Shown here: piece by piece, positions 1 to 11,270 of the stretch | Position numbering within the stretch: position 1 is the stretch's first letter | Layout: every line of letters begins with the position of its first letter | Origin: Histomonas meleagridis 2922-C6/04-290x | Lineage: Eukaryota; Protista; Parabasalia | Direction: 5' to 3' | DNA: 64,000 nt | Assembly: GCA_020184695.1 (NCBI GenBank) | Contig: JAANOX010000061.1 | Span: 248,001-312,000 of the forward strand | Translations under genes and position numbers: made by a program | The notes under the pieces: generated by a model | Told to the model about the DNA's origin: nothing | Seen by the model: only the letters and a program-made list of their open reading frames with translations | Databases searched by the model: none

Positions 1-1598
1 GTGCTCCGTAATAAGGTTTGAATGATTTGAAACGATGGAATATAACTATATTTTAAATTACATTTAAATTTTTGGGATTTTAATGCAATGATATAATCAT
101 CTGAATTTCGGATAAATAAATCATAACAAACTAAATTTGTAGAAATCATTAACCTTAATGGAATAAATGCTAATTTTTGATAAAATGTATCAAGATTTTC
201 TTCGTTGTTGTAAACTTTACAAATTTCTGTAAAGTTCTGAATTTTTGACTTTATACATTTGAACGTTAAAAGTTCGAGTGAATATATAAGCAAAACCTCA
301 ACGTTACTTTCTAGGACACTTCGATAATATAGGTCATTTTTACCATTATAGTTTGGATCAATAACCGATTTTATTTTATCTAAACATTGAATCAACTCAA
401 TGAATGGATATTCATTATAATAATTATCAGATATTTGATATATAATATGATTTAAACCAAATTGATAGTTATGTAACGTAGATATCATCCCATCTTTCCC
501 ATTTACTTTTTCATGAAATTCCCGAATAATTGGTTTCATAAAAAAAGTGATTGATAAAAATTTGGAGAATTCCTCAACAAACATTTCATCGTTGTGCTTA
601 AAGTGAAATCCAGATTTGACCATAAAACATATCATATTAATGATAGATAATAAATTGATCTTCTCACAAAACGTTTGGTTAAGATTGTTCCCTAAGAATT
701 TATTAAGTAATTTTAAGATGTCAATTGAAACTTGTACCCAATTAAATGATGAGATTTGTTTTTCATCTTCAAATGAACTCGAAAATAAGTTTAAAGCATA
801 ACTTGTTATAGAATATAATGCGAACAGTGGTGGTTCTTTTCGATTATTATCTGAGTTTCGTGATGCTGTTAATTTGGACCAAATATATAATGGAAGTTTG
901 GGACAAAAATTTTGGATAAAATTGTGTCGGAATGTGTCGTCTTTAACTAATACTCGTAAAAATGAAAAAAATTGTTGGATGAGAATTGTATCAGATGAAT
1001 ATAACCGTGTAAGTAAATCATTAATATCAAGTGTATTAAATATAGAAATTGATATACATCGAATAAATGGATCACCGGTATATGCAATTTGTTTAAGCCA
1101 TAAAATTATGTATTGAAATGTCTTAGGACTAATGCTAATATAATAAGGAAGCCTACGAAGTACAACGGAAATAACTGATATGTATTTTTTGACGACTGCT
1201 GAATCTAATTGATCACATGGATCTGCACTTGAACATTTATGCTCGCAACAAAATCCAGATTCTTTCCAGGCAATACGATCACCACAATCACAATTGCCTC
1301 GTGATGAAATTTGCAAACGAACATCATGCCCTTCATGATTTCCTTTTAAATAACATGATAAACATATAATGGAATTTTTGCATAAACCACATGTTTTGCA
1401 TTGAACACATAATACTGGAGTTGACCATTCTCGTTGACATACTAGTTTTTGAAATGATTTTTTTATGTTGGATAAATAATTTGAAAATTCTTCTGATTCA
1501 TGTTCTGGGCCTTTAAGGTACTGTTCACAAAAATTGATTCCGTCAATAATATCAATTTCAAGTCTGTCATTTAAGGCTTCAATTGGGTCATTTTGCAT
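1..1598 (-). CDS. UBR-box (N-recognin zinc finger) protein, 3'-partial, runs off the left edge
   Basis: Manual translation from ATG 1598 (in-frame ATG also at 1619) is open to base 1. It contains CQREWSTPVLCVQCKTCGLCKNSIICLSCYLKGNHEGHDV...GNCDCGDRIAWKESGFCCEH, the UBR zinc-finger pattern. Absent from the ORF track, probably because no stop lies in the window. Confidence 0.85.
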   Translation of the reverse strand, partial: MQNDPIEALNDRLEIDIIDGINFCEQYLKGPEHESEEFSNYLSNIKKSFQKLVCQREWSTPVLCVQCKTCGLCKNSIICLSCYLKGNHEGHDVRLQISSRGNCDCGDRIAWKESGFCCEHKCSSADPCDQLDSAVVKKYISVISVVLRRLPYYISISPKTFQYIILWLKQIAYTGDPFIRCISISIFNTLDINDLLTRLYSSDTILIQQFFSFLRVLVKDDTFRHNFIQNFCPKLPLYIWSKLTASRNSDNNRKEPPLFALYSITSYALNLFSSSFEDEKQISSFNWVQVSIDILKLLNKFLGNNLNQTFCEKINLLSIINMICFMVKSGFHFKHNDEMFVEEFSKFLSITFFMKPIIREFHEKVNGKDGMISTLHNYQFGLNHIIYQISDNYYNEYPFIELIQCLDKIKSVIDPNYNGKNDLYYRSVLESNVEVLLIYSLELLTFKCIKSKIQNFTEICKVYNNEENLDTFYQKLAFIPLRLMISTNLVCYDLFIRNSDDYIIALKSQKFKCNLKYSYIPSFQIIQTLLRS

Positions 1599-2735
1599 TC
1601 TGAGTAAAAAAACGTTCATAACCGATAAATCAATTCAAAAATCATTTTTGAAAAAGCTGACATATTGAAAATCCATATAAACATTTCAAAATATTAATTC
1701 TAAATATCTTGATAATTTCTTAATAAATATTAAAACAATTTTTATTATATTTTAAATCTAAATTATTATTTGGAGTTTCGAATTATAAGCATTTTTTTTT
1801 TTATATTTTCACTCGAAAAAATAATTTTACTTCCATTGGATAAAAGGGATATTTTTTACCCCATCCTATTGAAAAAATGAAATTGAATGACCTTCTGGAA
1901 ACTTTTTAACTGTTTGATGAGAAAAAAAATTTTGCGGAAAGTCTATTTGACAAAAATGTTGTATTTTATTTGAAAGAACAACTATTTTAATATTCGACTA
2001 GATGCTTTGATAAGTGCTGTTTGAAATAACATAATAAGTTTCCAGAAATGATTTTAAAATTTCAATTCATTTAAATAAAATTTAAACAAAACAAATCAAC
2101 ATTTTTAGCATTAATGTCAAGTCTTTTCAACAATTTTTATTATTTCTGAATTTTCATTTTCAGATGCTTTCATCAATGATGTTTCAAAAAATTTAAACTG
2201 TTTCCAAATATTATTTTTACACAAGAAATGATCAAAACAAAAACAAAATAAAACATATAAATATCTTTAACGGTAATAACTTTTTGTTGAAGAAGTATTT
2301 CAATTATTTCCAGATAATTTTCTTCAATTGTAATACTGTTTTAATTGATATATATATAATTTTTAAATTTTATTAAGGAATATTAAACTCGATAAATAAA
2401 CATACATCTATAGCATTAATATTAATCCCTCTTTGATTAAGAAAATATTCAATAAGTTCTTTATTTTCTGAATATATATTCTGCTAGCAGATACTAAAAT
2501 GTTTTTAATACGCTTAGCATTTTGAAGAAAATACTTTAAAAGATAAATCGTTTTTAAATAATTCAGGCATATGCCTACAAATACAATTTTTGTAATATTT
2601 GTTCAAAATCAAACTGAAATTGTGACCAATGACAAAATATTTGCATATTGATAATTTTACAGCAATTCAAAATTTGCAGAATTTGCCATTTAATTAAAAT
2701 TTTCCATGGAAAATTTTAGGATTTCATTTTTATAA

Positions 2736-2936
2736 ATGGGAGGACTCCCATCTAAGCCAGAGAAAATCATGTATTCAGCAGAAGCAGAAGATATTGCCAA
2801 AAAATATTATGTCCTATCTGCTGGTGAGTTGATGCAATATTGGAGTAATCGCAATTTTTGTTTATCAAGTTATCATAAATCTATGGCAAATGCTTTCTTC
2901 ACAAGAGCAAATGAATTAAGAGATCTAGGTTTATAA
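2736..2936 (+). CDS. 66-aa small protein with N-myristoylation consensus
   Basis: Starts MGGLPSK (Gly2, Ser6, Lys7), with an Inr-like TCATTTT just upstream of the ATG. Confidence 0.5.
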   Translation: MGGLPSKPEKIMYSAEAEDIAKKYYVLSAGELMQYWSNRNFCLSSYHKSMANAFFTRANELRDLGL

Positions 2937-3289
2937 GCATATATATGTACAGAAAAACGCTAGTCGGGTAATTATATTGTTTTATGCATGTCTTTTAAAT
3001 AAAAAGTTTCATACAATTTTTTATCATGAAAGTATGTTAATTGTATTATTGGGATAATTAATATCATGATGATAACTTATTATTGATAATATTTAATCTG
3101 ATTAGTGAAATCGACACTTAAATATTCAAAAAAATAATAGATTCAAAAAACAGAGAGAAATTTTTATTAAAATAGCCCAGAAGCAGCAAAACGAAAGAAA
3201 AATCACAGGAGGAAAAAACGATCAAATTTGTTGAATTTTGAATTGCATTGAATTTGAGAAAAATAAACATCTAAAAAAAAACAAACAAA

Positions 3290-5704
3290 ATGCAATCGAG
3301 GGATTTGGTACTCAAGTCGCCCGATGAAATAATTACAATGATTGAAGAAATTAAGAAAGAAATTCAAGTTTTAAAGCCACAGTCCGATGAATGTGATCAA
3401 AAGCTTAATGATGCAAGATTAGATTTACGAAAACTGATACCAGATATTACCGAAATTCAAAACATAGCTAACCGCAGGAGCGAGTTTATTGAGAAAAAAC
3501 GAAAGCTCGAAAGAAGAATTCTTGCCATATATGGTCGTTATCCTACAATCTTGAATGATGATCCACATCAAGTTTTATCTACTGATGCCTCCGTTTTAGA
3601 GCGACAACTTGAGTCTACTAAACAACGAGAAGAAAAAGCCAAAGAAAAAATCACAAATTTACAAAGAAAAATTGAGAAACTTGAGCAACAAAATGTAGAT
3701 CTTATACGACGCAATCGCCAACAATTAGATGTACTTCATCAAAGAGATCTTGATAAGGCCCAACTTACAAATTCACTTCAACAAGAATTAGAAAATGCTA
3801 AATCATTATACATTTCAGATATCCGTAACATCGATCGCAAACTTGGGTTTGTCACTCCTTTGATAGAAAAGATGCGAATTGATGTTTCAAATCAAAAGAA
3901 AGATTATCAACTCTTAATGCGTCGAAAGACTTCATTATTATCCACGGCCTCATCCAAGTGTTCCCGTATCAGTAAAAACATCACCGGGAAGCATAAAACC
4001 ATTATCAATAATACCAAAATCTATTTTGACTGGTGGTCACATCGACGTCTAAACAAGCACTTCACTGACCGCAAAGAATTTCTTTCCAACGTTTTAGTTA
4101 AGACCAAAGAACGATATGATTCCATACATAAATCAATATCATCCAACAAACGTTCCAACACCACACGAATAGAAGAACTAAAGTCCTTGCAAATCATGAA
4201 CAACCAACTTGAGCAAAAGCTTGTTCAAGTTAAACAATCTAAAAAGAAATTGAAAGCTGAAATCAATTCATTACGTAATAGCATTAAACCACTCCCGACA
4301 GACATTGATCAGAAACTTAAATCACTACGAGAAAACCTGGCCAACGCCCAGAACAGAGCCAAGTCACTTGGCATTGAAATGAGACTTTACACAACCGCCG
4401 AGTTCGTTAACGAGTTTGAGAGCGTTCGCGCTGATTATCGCAACCAAATTCGGCGCATGGTCGAATTACAAAACTCGGTTAAGCATTATAGCCAACTACT
4501 ACGTGAGAAGAACGAGGTAAAGAAGCAATATCCTCCATTAACAGATATCAATGATCCACGAATCTTAATATCAGAAGAAGGGCAACAAACACTAGTTCAA
4601 GCAGGTCCATTAGATTTGTTGATCAAGTTATTGTTTAATCCATCTAATGATGACATCTTATATCCGCCCGGACTTTTAGTCTTAATTCACACAGAAAAAT
4701 CGGATTTAAACAATTTCGTTAACTTAATCATTAGCTCATACGAACAATCCAACCAAGAAACACGAGATAAGTTCCTAAAGCGTTTAGTCGATTGTTGGAT
4801 CAAATGGTTTCCGAACGATTTTTCGGACAGTTCAATTCGAAGTGTCATTGTTCCTCTTGTTAACATCTTAGGCACCAGTGGAATTATTGAAACCGAGACA
4901 ACGAATTCGCAAATCGAAATTCGAACATGTTTCGATGACTCTGTTCCATATGATCGCCAAGCCAACGAAATACCATTTAGCGCCGAGCCATCCATCATTG
5001 TTGAGCATTTCACGTACATCGAGTTACAATTCCTCCGCAGCATCACTGCGTCCGAATTCATCGGCTGCGGGTGGTCGAGCTTCGATAAATGGAAATTGGC
5101 ACCAAACATCACCAAAATGATGGAACACTTCAACCAAATATCGCAATGGATTGTCGCGTCCATCGTTTTAGCGAAGGATTTGGCATCGCGAACGAAGATA
5201 TTGGAAGTTTGGCTGAAGATACTCGACGCTTCGTGGGACTTCTTGAACTTTCAGTTGGTTTTCATCATTTACGGCGCTTTGTGTAGTCCTTCTGTTAACC
5301 ATCTGACAAAACTTTGGGATTCCATTTCGCCCGAAAGTAAGAAAATCTTCGATCGATTTAATGTACTAACAAGTCCATCAGCGCGATTCGAAAATTACAG
5401 AAACGAATTGAAGAAATACCCGTACGAAGTTGTGGTGCCATATATTGGGCCAATGTTAACATCGATGGTTTACATATCGGATGGTAACCCTTCGAAAAAA
5501 TCATTGCCTGACGTACAGGAAGTGGTACTGAACTTCCAAAAGCATCGAATGTATGCGTCTGTGATTCAAGAGATTATGGTCAATTGGGGAAAGGAAATTA
5601 GATTCACGTTAAATGAGGAATTGTTGAATAGAATAAAGAATATTCCTCCTGTTGACCAATCGGAAAGTGAATTGTTCCAAATATCCCAAACAATTAAAGA
5701 TTAA
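3290..5704 (+). CDS. RasGEF (CDC25-type) protein with long N-terminal coiled coil
   Basis: 804-aa ORF. REM-like GPLDLLIKLL, then CDC25 motifs LAPNITKMMEHFNQISQWIVASIV, LNFQLVFIIYGALCSPSV, VVPYIGPML, LNFQKHRM. Confidence 0.9.
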   Translation: MQSRDLVLKSPDEIITMIEEIKKEIQVLKPQSDECDQKLNDARLDLRKLIPDITEIQNIANRRSEFIEKKRKLERRILAIYGRYPTILNDDPHQVLSTDASVLERQLESTKQREEKAKEKITNLQRKIEKLEQQNVDLIRRNRQQLDVLHQRDLDKAQLTNSLQQELENAKSLYISDIRNIDRKLGFVTPLIEKMRIDVSNQKKDYQLLMRRKTSLLSTASSKCSRISKNITGKHKTIINNTKIYFDWWSHRRLNKHFTDRKEFLSNVLVKTKERYDSIHKSISSNKRSNTTRIEELKSLQIMNNQLEQKLVQVKQSKKKLKAEINSLRNSIKPLPTDIDQKLKSLRENLANAQNRAKSLGIEMRLYTTAEFVNEFESVRADYRNQIRRMVELQNSVKHYSQLLREKNEVKKQYPPLTDINDPRILISEEGQQTLVQAGPLDLLIKLLFNPSNDDILYPPGLLVLIHTEKSDLNNFVNLIISSYEQSNQETRDKFLKRLVDCWIKWFPNDFSDSSIRSVIVPLVNILGTSGIIETETTNSQIEIRTCFDDSVPYDRQANEIPFSAEPSIIVEHFTYIELQFLRSITASEFIGCGWSSFDKWKLAPNITKMMEHFNQISQWIVASIVLAKDLASRTKILEVWLKILDASWDFLNFQLVFIIYGALCSPSVNHLTKLWDSISPESKKIFDRFNVLTSPSARFENYRNELKKYPYEVVVPYIGPMLTSMVYISDGNPSKKSLPDVQEVVLNFQKHRMYASVIQEIMVNWGKEIRFTLNEELLNRIKNIPPVDQSESELFQISQTIKD

Positions 5705-5811
5705 AAATATTTTTTTACTTCATTTGTGATGCAAATTTTGGAAAAGTGATGTGACCAACTTGCGTCAGTTCACATGGCATATACGAAAAGTGGCACTGGC
5801 AAACAAATCAA

Positions 5812-7074
5812 ATGGAAAAATCGTGCGCTGAAGAACTTATCAGCTTTATTGACGCAAGCCCAACTTGCTTCCATGCGGTCGATAACATGAAGGAAATGCT
5901 GAGAAAAGCTGGATTTGTCGAAGTAAAAGAAAACGAACATTGGAAAATTGAAAAAGGTGGAAATTATTTCGTAACTAGAAATGACTCCGCACTTATAGCT
6001 TTCACTATTCCTTTGGAATATAAGAAAGGTGTACGAATAGTAGCAAGTCATAGTGATTCACCTGCTCTAAAAATCAAGGAAAACCCAGAAATGGTATCCG
6101 ACGGATACATTAAACTTAATGTTGAAGGTTATGGAGGACTTATTTGTTCACAATGGTTCGATCGTCCATTATCTGTTGCAGGAAGAGTAATCATCAAAGA
6201 CAAAGAGACAGGTAAAATTGTTACAAAACTCGTTAACTTCGACAAGGATATGCTTGTGATACCAAGTCTTGCTATTCACATGAATCGCCAAGTTAATAGC
6301 GGATATAATTATAACATACAAAAAGATATGCTCCCTCTTTATGGCGATATTACTTCTCGTGGAACATTCATGAAAGCAATCAACGACGTTGCTGGCGCAC
6401 GCGTTCTTGGTCATGATTTATTTGTTTACAACAGACAAAAAGGTATAATTTGGGGAGCTTCCAACGAATTTGTTTCATGTTGTCGTGTTGATAATCTTCA
6501 ATGTGCATTTTCCACATTGAAAGGATTCATCTCAGGTGAAAGAAAAGAACATATGTCATTTTATTGTGTCTTTGATAATGAAGAAGTTGGTAGTGAAACC
6601 AAACAAGGAGCAGCATCCACATTTCTCCATGACACTCTTACGAGAGTTCATGAATCTCTTGGCCTCACAAAGGAAGACTACTTCATTTCACTTGCAGACG
6701 GTTTTATGGTTTCTGCCGATAACGGTCACGCGGTGCACCCCAACTACCCCGAAAAGTGTGACCCTGTTAACCGCCCAGTGATTAACGGTGGAATTGTGAT
6801 CAAGTATAATGCCAATCAAAAGTATTGCACTGATGGAGTTTCAGCAGCAATCTTTAAGGACTTATGTGAAACTGCTGGTGTTCCAACACAAACTTTTGTT
6901 AATAGATCTGATATTCCTGGTGGATCAACATTAGGAAATATTTCTAATACAAAAGTCTCATTAAATACTGTTGACATCGGTTTGCCACAACTTGCAATGC
7001 ATTCAACATATGAAACTACTGGTGTGAAAGATACATATTATTTGATCAAAGCTATGACTGAATTCTTCAAATAA
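5812..7074 (+). CDS. M18-family aspartyl aminopeptidase, bacterial-like
   Basis: 420 aa. SPTCFHAV, SHSDSP, YGG, WFDRPLSVAGRV, RVDNL, DNEEVGS, SADNGHAVHP, GGSTLG, DIGLPQLAMHS; all five metal-ligand motifs intact. Confidence 0.93.
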   Translation: MEKSCAEELISFIDASPTCFHAVDNMKEMLRKAGFVEVKENEHWKIEKGGNYFVTRNDSALIAFTIPLEYKKGVRIVASHSDSPALKIKENPEMVSDGYIKLNVEGYGGLICSQWFDRPLSVAGRVIIKDKETGKIVTKLVNFDKDMLVIPSLAIHMNRQVNSGYNYNIQKDMLPLYGDITSRGTFMKAINDVAGARVLGHDLFVYNRQKGIIWGASNEFVSCCRVDNLQCAFSTLKGFISGERKEHMSFYCVFDNEEVGSETKQGAASTFLHDTLTRVHESLGLTKEDYFISLADGFMVSADNGHAVHPNYPEKCDPVNRPVINGGIVIKYNANQKYCTDGVSAAIFKDLCETAGVPTQTFVNRSDIPGGSTLGNISNTKVSLNTVDIGLPQLAMHSTYETTGVKDTYYLIKAMTEFFK

Positions 7075-7222
7075 AGGACAATTTTCCTTTGAAATTTATG
7101 ATCGTTTTATCATAGAAATCAACTTTTTGATGAGCAATATCATTTGTGAGAAACTAATTATGACAAAAATAATTTTGACTGTGTCTGTCTGATTACATTA
7201 ACGGATTCAACAAAAGGAAATT

Positions 7223-7230
7223 AACGGTTT
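7223..7230 (+). promoter_or_regulatory. M3-like core promoter motif (AACGGTTT) upstream of RPL34
   Basis: Matches the T. vaginalis motif-3 (Myb-type) element. The same motif is upstream of RPL7A in this window. Confidence 0.5.
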
Positions 7231-7255
7231 TGTACGGCCTCTGATATATCCTGAA

Positions 7256-7630
7256 ATGGGTGACAACAGATACACACTTCGCAGAAGCAATCCATACCAT
7301 ACACTTCGTAACCGCGTCGTTCCTGTGAGAACACCAGGAAATAGACTTGTTGCTCACTATATTAAAAAGAGAGTGAAGGGTATGATTTGCGGAGAAACAG
7401 GAAAACCACTCCCAGGTATCAAGCACTTACCAACAAAGAAACTCGCTAGACTTCCAAAACATAAACGTACAGTTTCCCGTCCATATGGTGGCGTTTATTG
7501 CGCATCAGTTGTCAAAGAAAGAATTATCAACGCGTTCATGGAAGAGGAAGCAAGAGCTGCCGCAGAAAGAAAAGCTGCAGCCGAAAAGAAGGCTGCTGCT
7601 GAAAACAAAGGCAAAAAAGGTGGTAAATAA
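7256..7630 (+). CDS. RPL34: 60S ribosomal protein L34 (eL34)
   Basis: YTLRRSNPYHT, VRTPGNRLVAHY, KRTVSRPYGGVYCASVVKERIINAF match eL34. Confidence 0.95.
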   Translation: MGDNRYTLRRSNPYHTLRNRVVPVRTPGNRLVAHYIKKRVKGMICGETGKPLPGIKHLPTKKLARLPKHKRTVSRPYGGVYCASVVKERIINAFMEEEARAAAERKAAAEKKAAAENKGKKGGK

Positions 7631-7907
7631 AGAATACTAGCATAAGGACGCTAAAAATAATTTAAGTTTTCTTCCCTAAGCATTTGTGTATGGATTTTTT
7701 GCTTTGGTGAAAGTTTGATTTGACATCCAAAATCATGATTTGTTAAGATTTAGATTAATGTTTTGTTAAATACAAGGCTATCACACTTAATGTCCATTAA
7801 AAAAATAATAATGAATTAATATGGAGATAGTTCAACCAAATAAAAACAAATTGTTGTGAAGTACAGATCAAATAACATTGAAAAAGTTGATACCATACGT
7901 TAAACAA

Positions 7908-8960
7908 ATGGAAAATGTAAAGAATTCTTCAAGCCTTGAAACACTCTTTCAAGAAGCCCAAATCACATTAACTAAAAAATCAAATGAAATTAAGAAGCTA
8001 AAAGAAATAATAAAAAACAAAGAAAAAGAATACTTAAATCTTAAAAATTTATATCAACAAAAGATACAATCCAGCGAAAACAAAAATTCAACTCAAGCAA
8101 ACACTGAAAGCGAATATAAAGAAGTTATAACAAAACTTCTTAAGGAACAAGAAGAAGAAATTCAACAACAACAGATTTTGTTTCAAAATGAAATATCAAC
8201 ATTTAAAAAACAATTTCATCAAACAATTACTAACGCAAAGAAATGGGCAGAAGAAAACGCAAATTCGACTCAGTTTATGAAACAGCAGCAATTAAAATCT
8301 ATCCAAAAAGAAATAACTAAAGCAAAAAATGAATATATTTCTTCTATAATTTCTGATGATTTGTCTCAGAGATCTTCACAATCCAAAAATAAAATTTACA
8401 ATAAAACTCTATTTCTTGAAAATCAGCTCAGAGAAATTAAAAGCAATTCGCGCGAGGAGCAAAGATGTATTCAAATGAAAATTGATGAATGTTTAACAGC
8501 ATTTGAAATCAAAAAGAGACAATATAAAAACGAAGAAGATGTTCTTCAAAATGAATATGTTAAACTAAAGAACAAATATAAAGAGCGTCTAATTTCGCTT
8601 AAAGAAGAATTTGCAGCTGAAAAAATTAGATACGAGCAAACTTTATTTAATACAAATCAGAAGGTTAATGACATCCAAAAAACAATACATAAAATCAAGG
8701 AAAATAACAAAAAGATTCTTGAAACAACAATGCATAATGCACAAACCATGAAAACATTCACAAATACAATGTATAATGATATGAATACTATAAAAGAATT
8801 AATAAATAAGAAAAACAAATTACAAAACGCTTGTTGGGAAGTAGAAGAAGAAATTAAATTTATAAACAATGAGATAAGTTCTTTACAGGAAGAAAACAAA
8901 GTGTTCCTTGAAGAACTTAAGAAACTGGATAAGTCTGTATACTGTAGATTCATACAATGA
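7908..8960 (+). CDS. Coiled-coil hypothetical protein
   Basis: K/E/Q-rich heptad-like ORF. The track start 7878 is a TTG; the first in-frame ATG after the upstream TGA is 7908. Confidence 0.65.
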   Translation: MENVKNSSSLETLFQEAQITLTKKSNEIKKLKEIIKNKEKEYLNLKNLYQQKIQSSENKNSTQANTESEYKEVITKLLKEQEEEIQQQQILFQNEISTFKKQFHQTITNAKKWAEENANSTQFMKQQQLKSIQKEITKAKNEYISSIISDDLSQRSSQSKNKIYNKTLFLENQLREIKSNSREEQRCIQMKIDECLTAFEIKKRQYKNEEDVLQNEYVKLKNKYKERLISLKEEFAAEKIRYEQTLFNTNQKVNDIQKTIHKIKENNKKILETTMHNAQTMKTFTNTMYNDMNTIKELINKKNKLQNACWEVEEEIKFINNEISSLQEENKVFLEELKKLDKSVYCRFIQ

Positions 8961-9117
8961 AAAGAAGCGATTTGTGCAGAAAAGCAAAATTCCTTATTTG
9001 AATGCAATTTGATCGAACTATCTAACAAAATATTTTCTTTAAAAATGTATGACATAATAAATTTGATAATTTTTATATGACAACGAATTTTTCTTTACCT
9101 TTACAGATTTTGGCCAA

Positions 9118-9738
9118 ATGCTGATATTATTATTTTCAAACCTTATTTTATGCTCAACAGATCAACAATTTGACATAAGGTCAATGAATATTTGGGATTT
9201 TCTTGTTACATATACAAATGGCCAATTTGGAGATGAAAATTATCAAGTTAATGCTCACGCTAATTGTCTTATAATGGCAGCAAATCAAAGTGTAAGGTGT
9301 ACAGTAAAATCAGGTCGACTTCTTGGTAATCCAACATATTATTTTAATTTCATTGATAATGAATCAATCGAAATGTTTGATGAAAATTTGGAACAGATTG
9401 CGGCTTTTTCACTCCTTCATATGGAAAATTCAACAGCATATTTCAGAGGTTCTACAACAAATGGTGAAAAATTAATTTCAGGGCATGTAAATCAAAATGA
9501 CAAAAACATGATCGTTGCTATCTCATCCACAAAATCTGACGAAGTTACGTTGATTACAGGAACAACAATAAGTACATTAACAACCGGAAGATTATTTGTC
9601 AAATTGATTCCGGCTCTTTTAATCATTATTTTCTTTGGCTTTGGCAAATCCTACCAAAAAAGGTTTTGGAGACAGTTCAACCAAATGAATACGGGAACTC
9701 TTCAGAAACGTATATCTGAAGCTCTTGATGGAAAATAA
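9118..9738 (+). CDS. Hypothetical single-pass membrane protein
   Basis: N-terminal hydrophobic signal (MLILLFSNLILCS) and C-terminal TM (LFVKLIPALLIIIFFGFG) followed by a basic tail. Confidence 0.7.
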   Translation: MLILLFSNLILCSTDQQFDIRSMNIWDFLVTYTNGQFGDENYQVNAHANCLIMAANQSVRCTVKSGRLLGNPTYYFNFIDNESIEMFDENLEQIAAFSLLHMENSTAYFRGSTTNGEKLISGHVNQNDKNMIVAISSTKSDEVTLITGTTISTLTTGRLFVKLIPALLIIIFFGFGKSYQKRFWRQFNQMNTGTLQKRISEALDGK

Positions 9739-10043
9739 ATATTTTTAATCAATAAAATTATATAAATGCAATTAGAATTAAATTTAATTTTTTTTGTTCA
9801 ACATTGCTAGTCAGCATGTTGCTGTAATGATCTATTTCATTGTTTTGGATATGTTTTTCTTAAGCTGTAACCAATTTTTTGATGATAAGAAATTTGGGTT
9901 CTTCTTCATAAATTTTTATTTCATTTATGGAGAATTAATTTTAAAAAATTTGAATTATATGTTAAAACAGGAAAATTACATAACAATGGACTACAAAATC
10001 AAATACATATAAAATCTTTTAATTAGCAATAAATCGAAAAGTT

Positions 10044-10862
10044 TTAATCAAAACTCTTAAAATATTCGTGCTTGCAAGCTTCTTCTGCAGTAATTCGTTC
10101 AGTTGGATCTATACAAAGCATACGAAGGATTAAATCAACAAATAATTTATCTGCAGATTCAAGACAAGTCATGCCTGTAGGCTGGAAAACAGGTAAATTA
10201 TATATCAGCATTAGGTTTGTGATGCCTGGTAATTCTTGTTCACTTGGTGTGCCGAAAAATTTAAATATTTTAATGAGCGTCTTGATTGAAGAATGAGCGA
10301 AAAATAAAGGCTTCCCAAAATACATCTCATAAAATATACAGCCGAGCGACCATATTTCCGATGAAGGTGTGTAACAACCTCCAAGAATGATTTCTGGTGG
10401 AGAATAAGTTAATGGTACAATATTTTTTACTGGGCAATAATCTTTTGCCCAATAGAATCCGCGCATTTTAATTGTTCCATCATTATCTATAAGAAAATTA
10501 GATGGATTAATGTTGCAATGGATAAATCCGTGTGAATGAAGGTAATAAAGGCCACAAAGCATTTGCATTGCGAAGTGTTTGACGATTTTTTTATCTAGTG
10601 GTTTATTTACTAGTTGAATCAAACAAGTTGGAATGTATGAAAAAAACAAATAATAATTTACACCATCATATGAAAAGTCATTAAGCTCAATAATATTAGG
10701 ATGCCCTGATGTTAGTAAATTTAATACTTTCTCGAAAATCAATTTATCAGAAGGAATAACTTTTTTGATTACGATTTGAGCATTGGTTGTCGTCTCTTGA
10801 AAAACATAAGAGTCGCAACATATTTCATTCTGAGCAAAGATTAATTGAAAGTTCCAAGGCAT
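10044..10862 (-). CDS. CMGC/CDK-like kinase fold, probable pseudokinase
   Basis: HPNIIEL, GLYYLHSHGFIHCNINPSN, YSPPEIILG, IWSLGCIFYEM, RITAEEACKHEYF. HRD reads HCN and DFG reads RGF. Confidence 0.8.
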   Translation of the reverse strand: MPWNFQLIFAQNEICCDSYVFQETTTNAQIVIKKVIPSDKLIFEKVLNLLTSGHPNIIELNDFSYDGVNYYLFFSYIPTCLIQLVNKPLDKKIVKHFAMQMLCGLYYLHSHGFIHCNINPSNFLIDNDGTIKMRGFYWAKDYCPVKNIVPLTYSPPEIILGGCYTPSSEIWSLGCIFYEMYFGKPLFFAHSSIKTLIKIFKFFGTPSEQELPGITNLMLIYNLPVFQPTGMTCLESADKLFVDLILRMLCIDPTERITAEEACKHEYFKSFD

Positions 10863-11210
10863 TAAAAGAAATACTTCATTTCATTTTAATAAACGTCATC
10901 AAACAGATCATCAAAATTTCAATTCTTGTAAACTTACTAAAAGTAGGCAAAATATCAACACAAAACATTGCTGGAATTAACGGTCAATATATAACTACTT
11001 TTTATATGGTTTACATATCATTAACAAAATATTTAACGATTAAAATTTATTTAAAAAGTCGATGAGTCAAAATTTTTTAAAATATCTTTTTCAATACTTT
11101 GATATAAACCATTCAATTGCTTTTACGATAGAGATACGATAATTTCATTCAATTTTGAATGCATATTCAATTTTTCAAACAATATCAAAATGATTTTTGT
11201 AGAGAGCAAA

Positions 11211-11270
11211 GGGGGCTACCGGGGGCCCTCTGGGGTGGGCCCCTAGGGCCACGTGATTGGTCCCTACCGC
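11211..11270. other. GC-rich (45/60 nt) tandem double-hairpin element
   Basis: GGGGGCCC-TCTGGGGT-GGGCCCCT (11221-11244) and TAGGGCCA-CGTGAT-TGGTCCCTA (11244-11266, one bulge) in otherwise very AT-rich DNA. Identity unknown. Confidence 0.6.

Noticed and set aside
4021-5286. Antisense and alternative-frame ORFs overlapping RasGEF, and similar ones over other long genes
   Set aside because: They are shadows of well-supported CDSs, with no independent motifs.
7821-7907. ATG 7821 in frame with the 7908 ORF across a TGA at 7857, suggesting TGA read-through or reassignment
   Set aside because: TGA is a normal terminator for several intact genes in the window (8960, 41017, 28399), and the short extension has no homology support.
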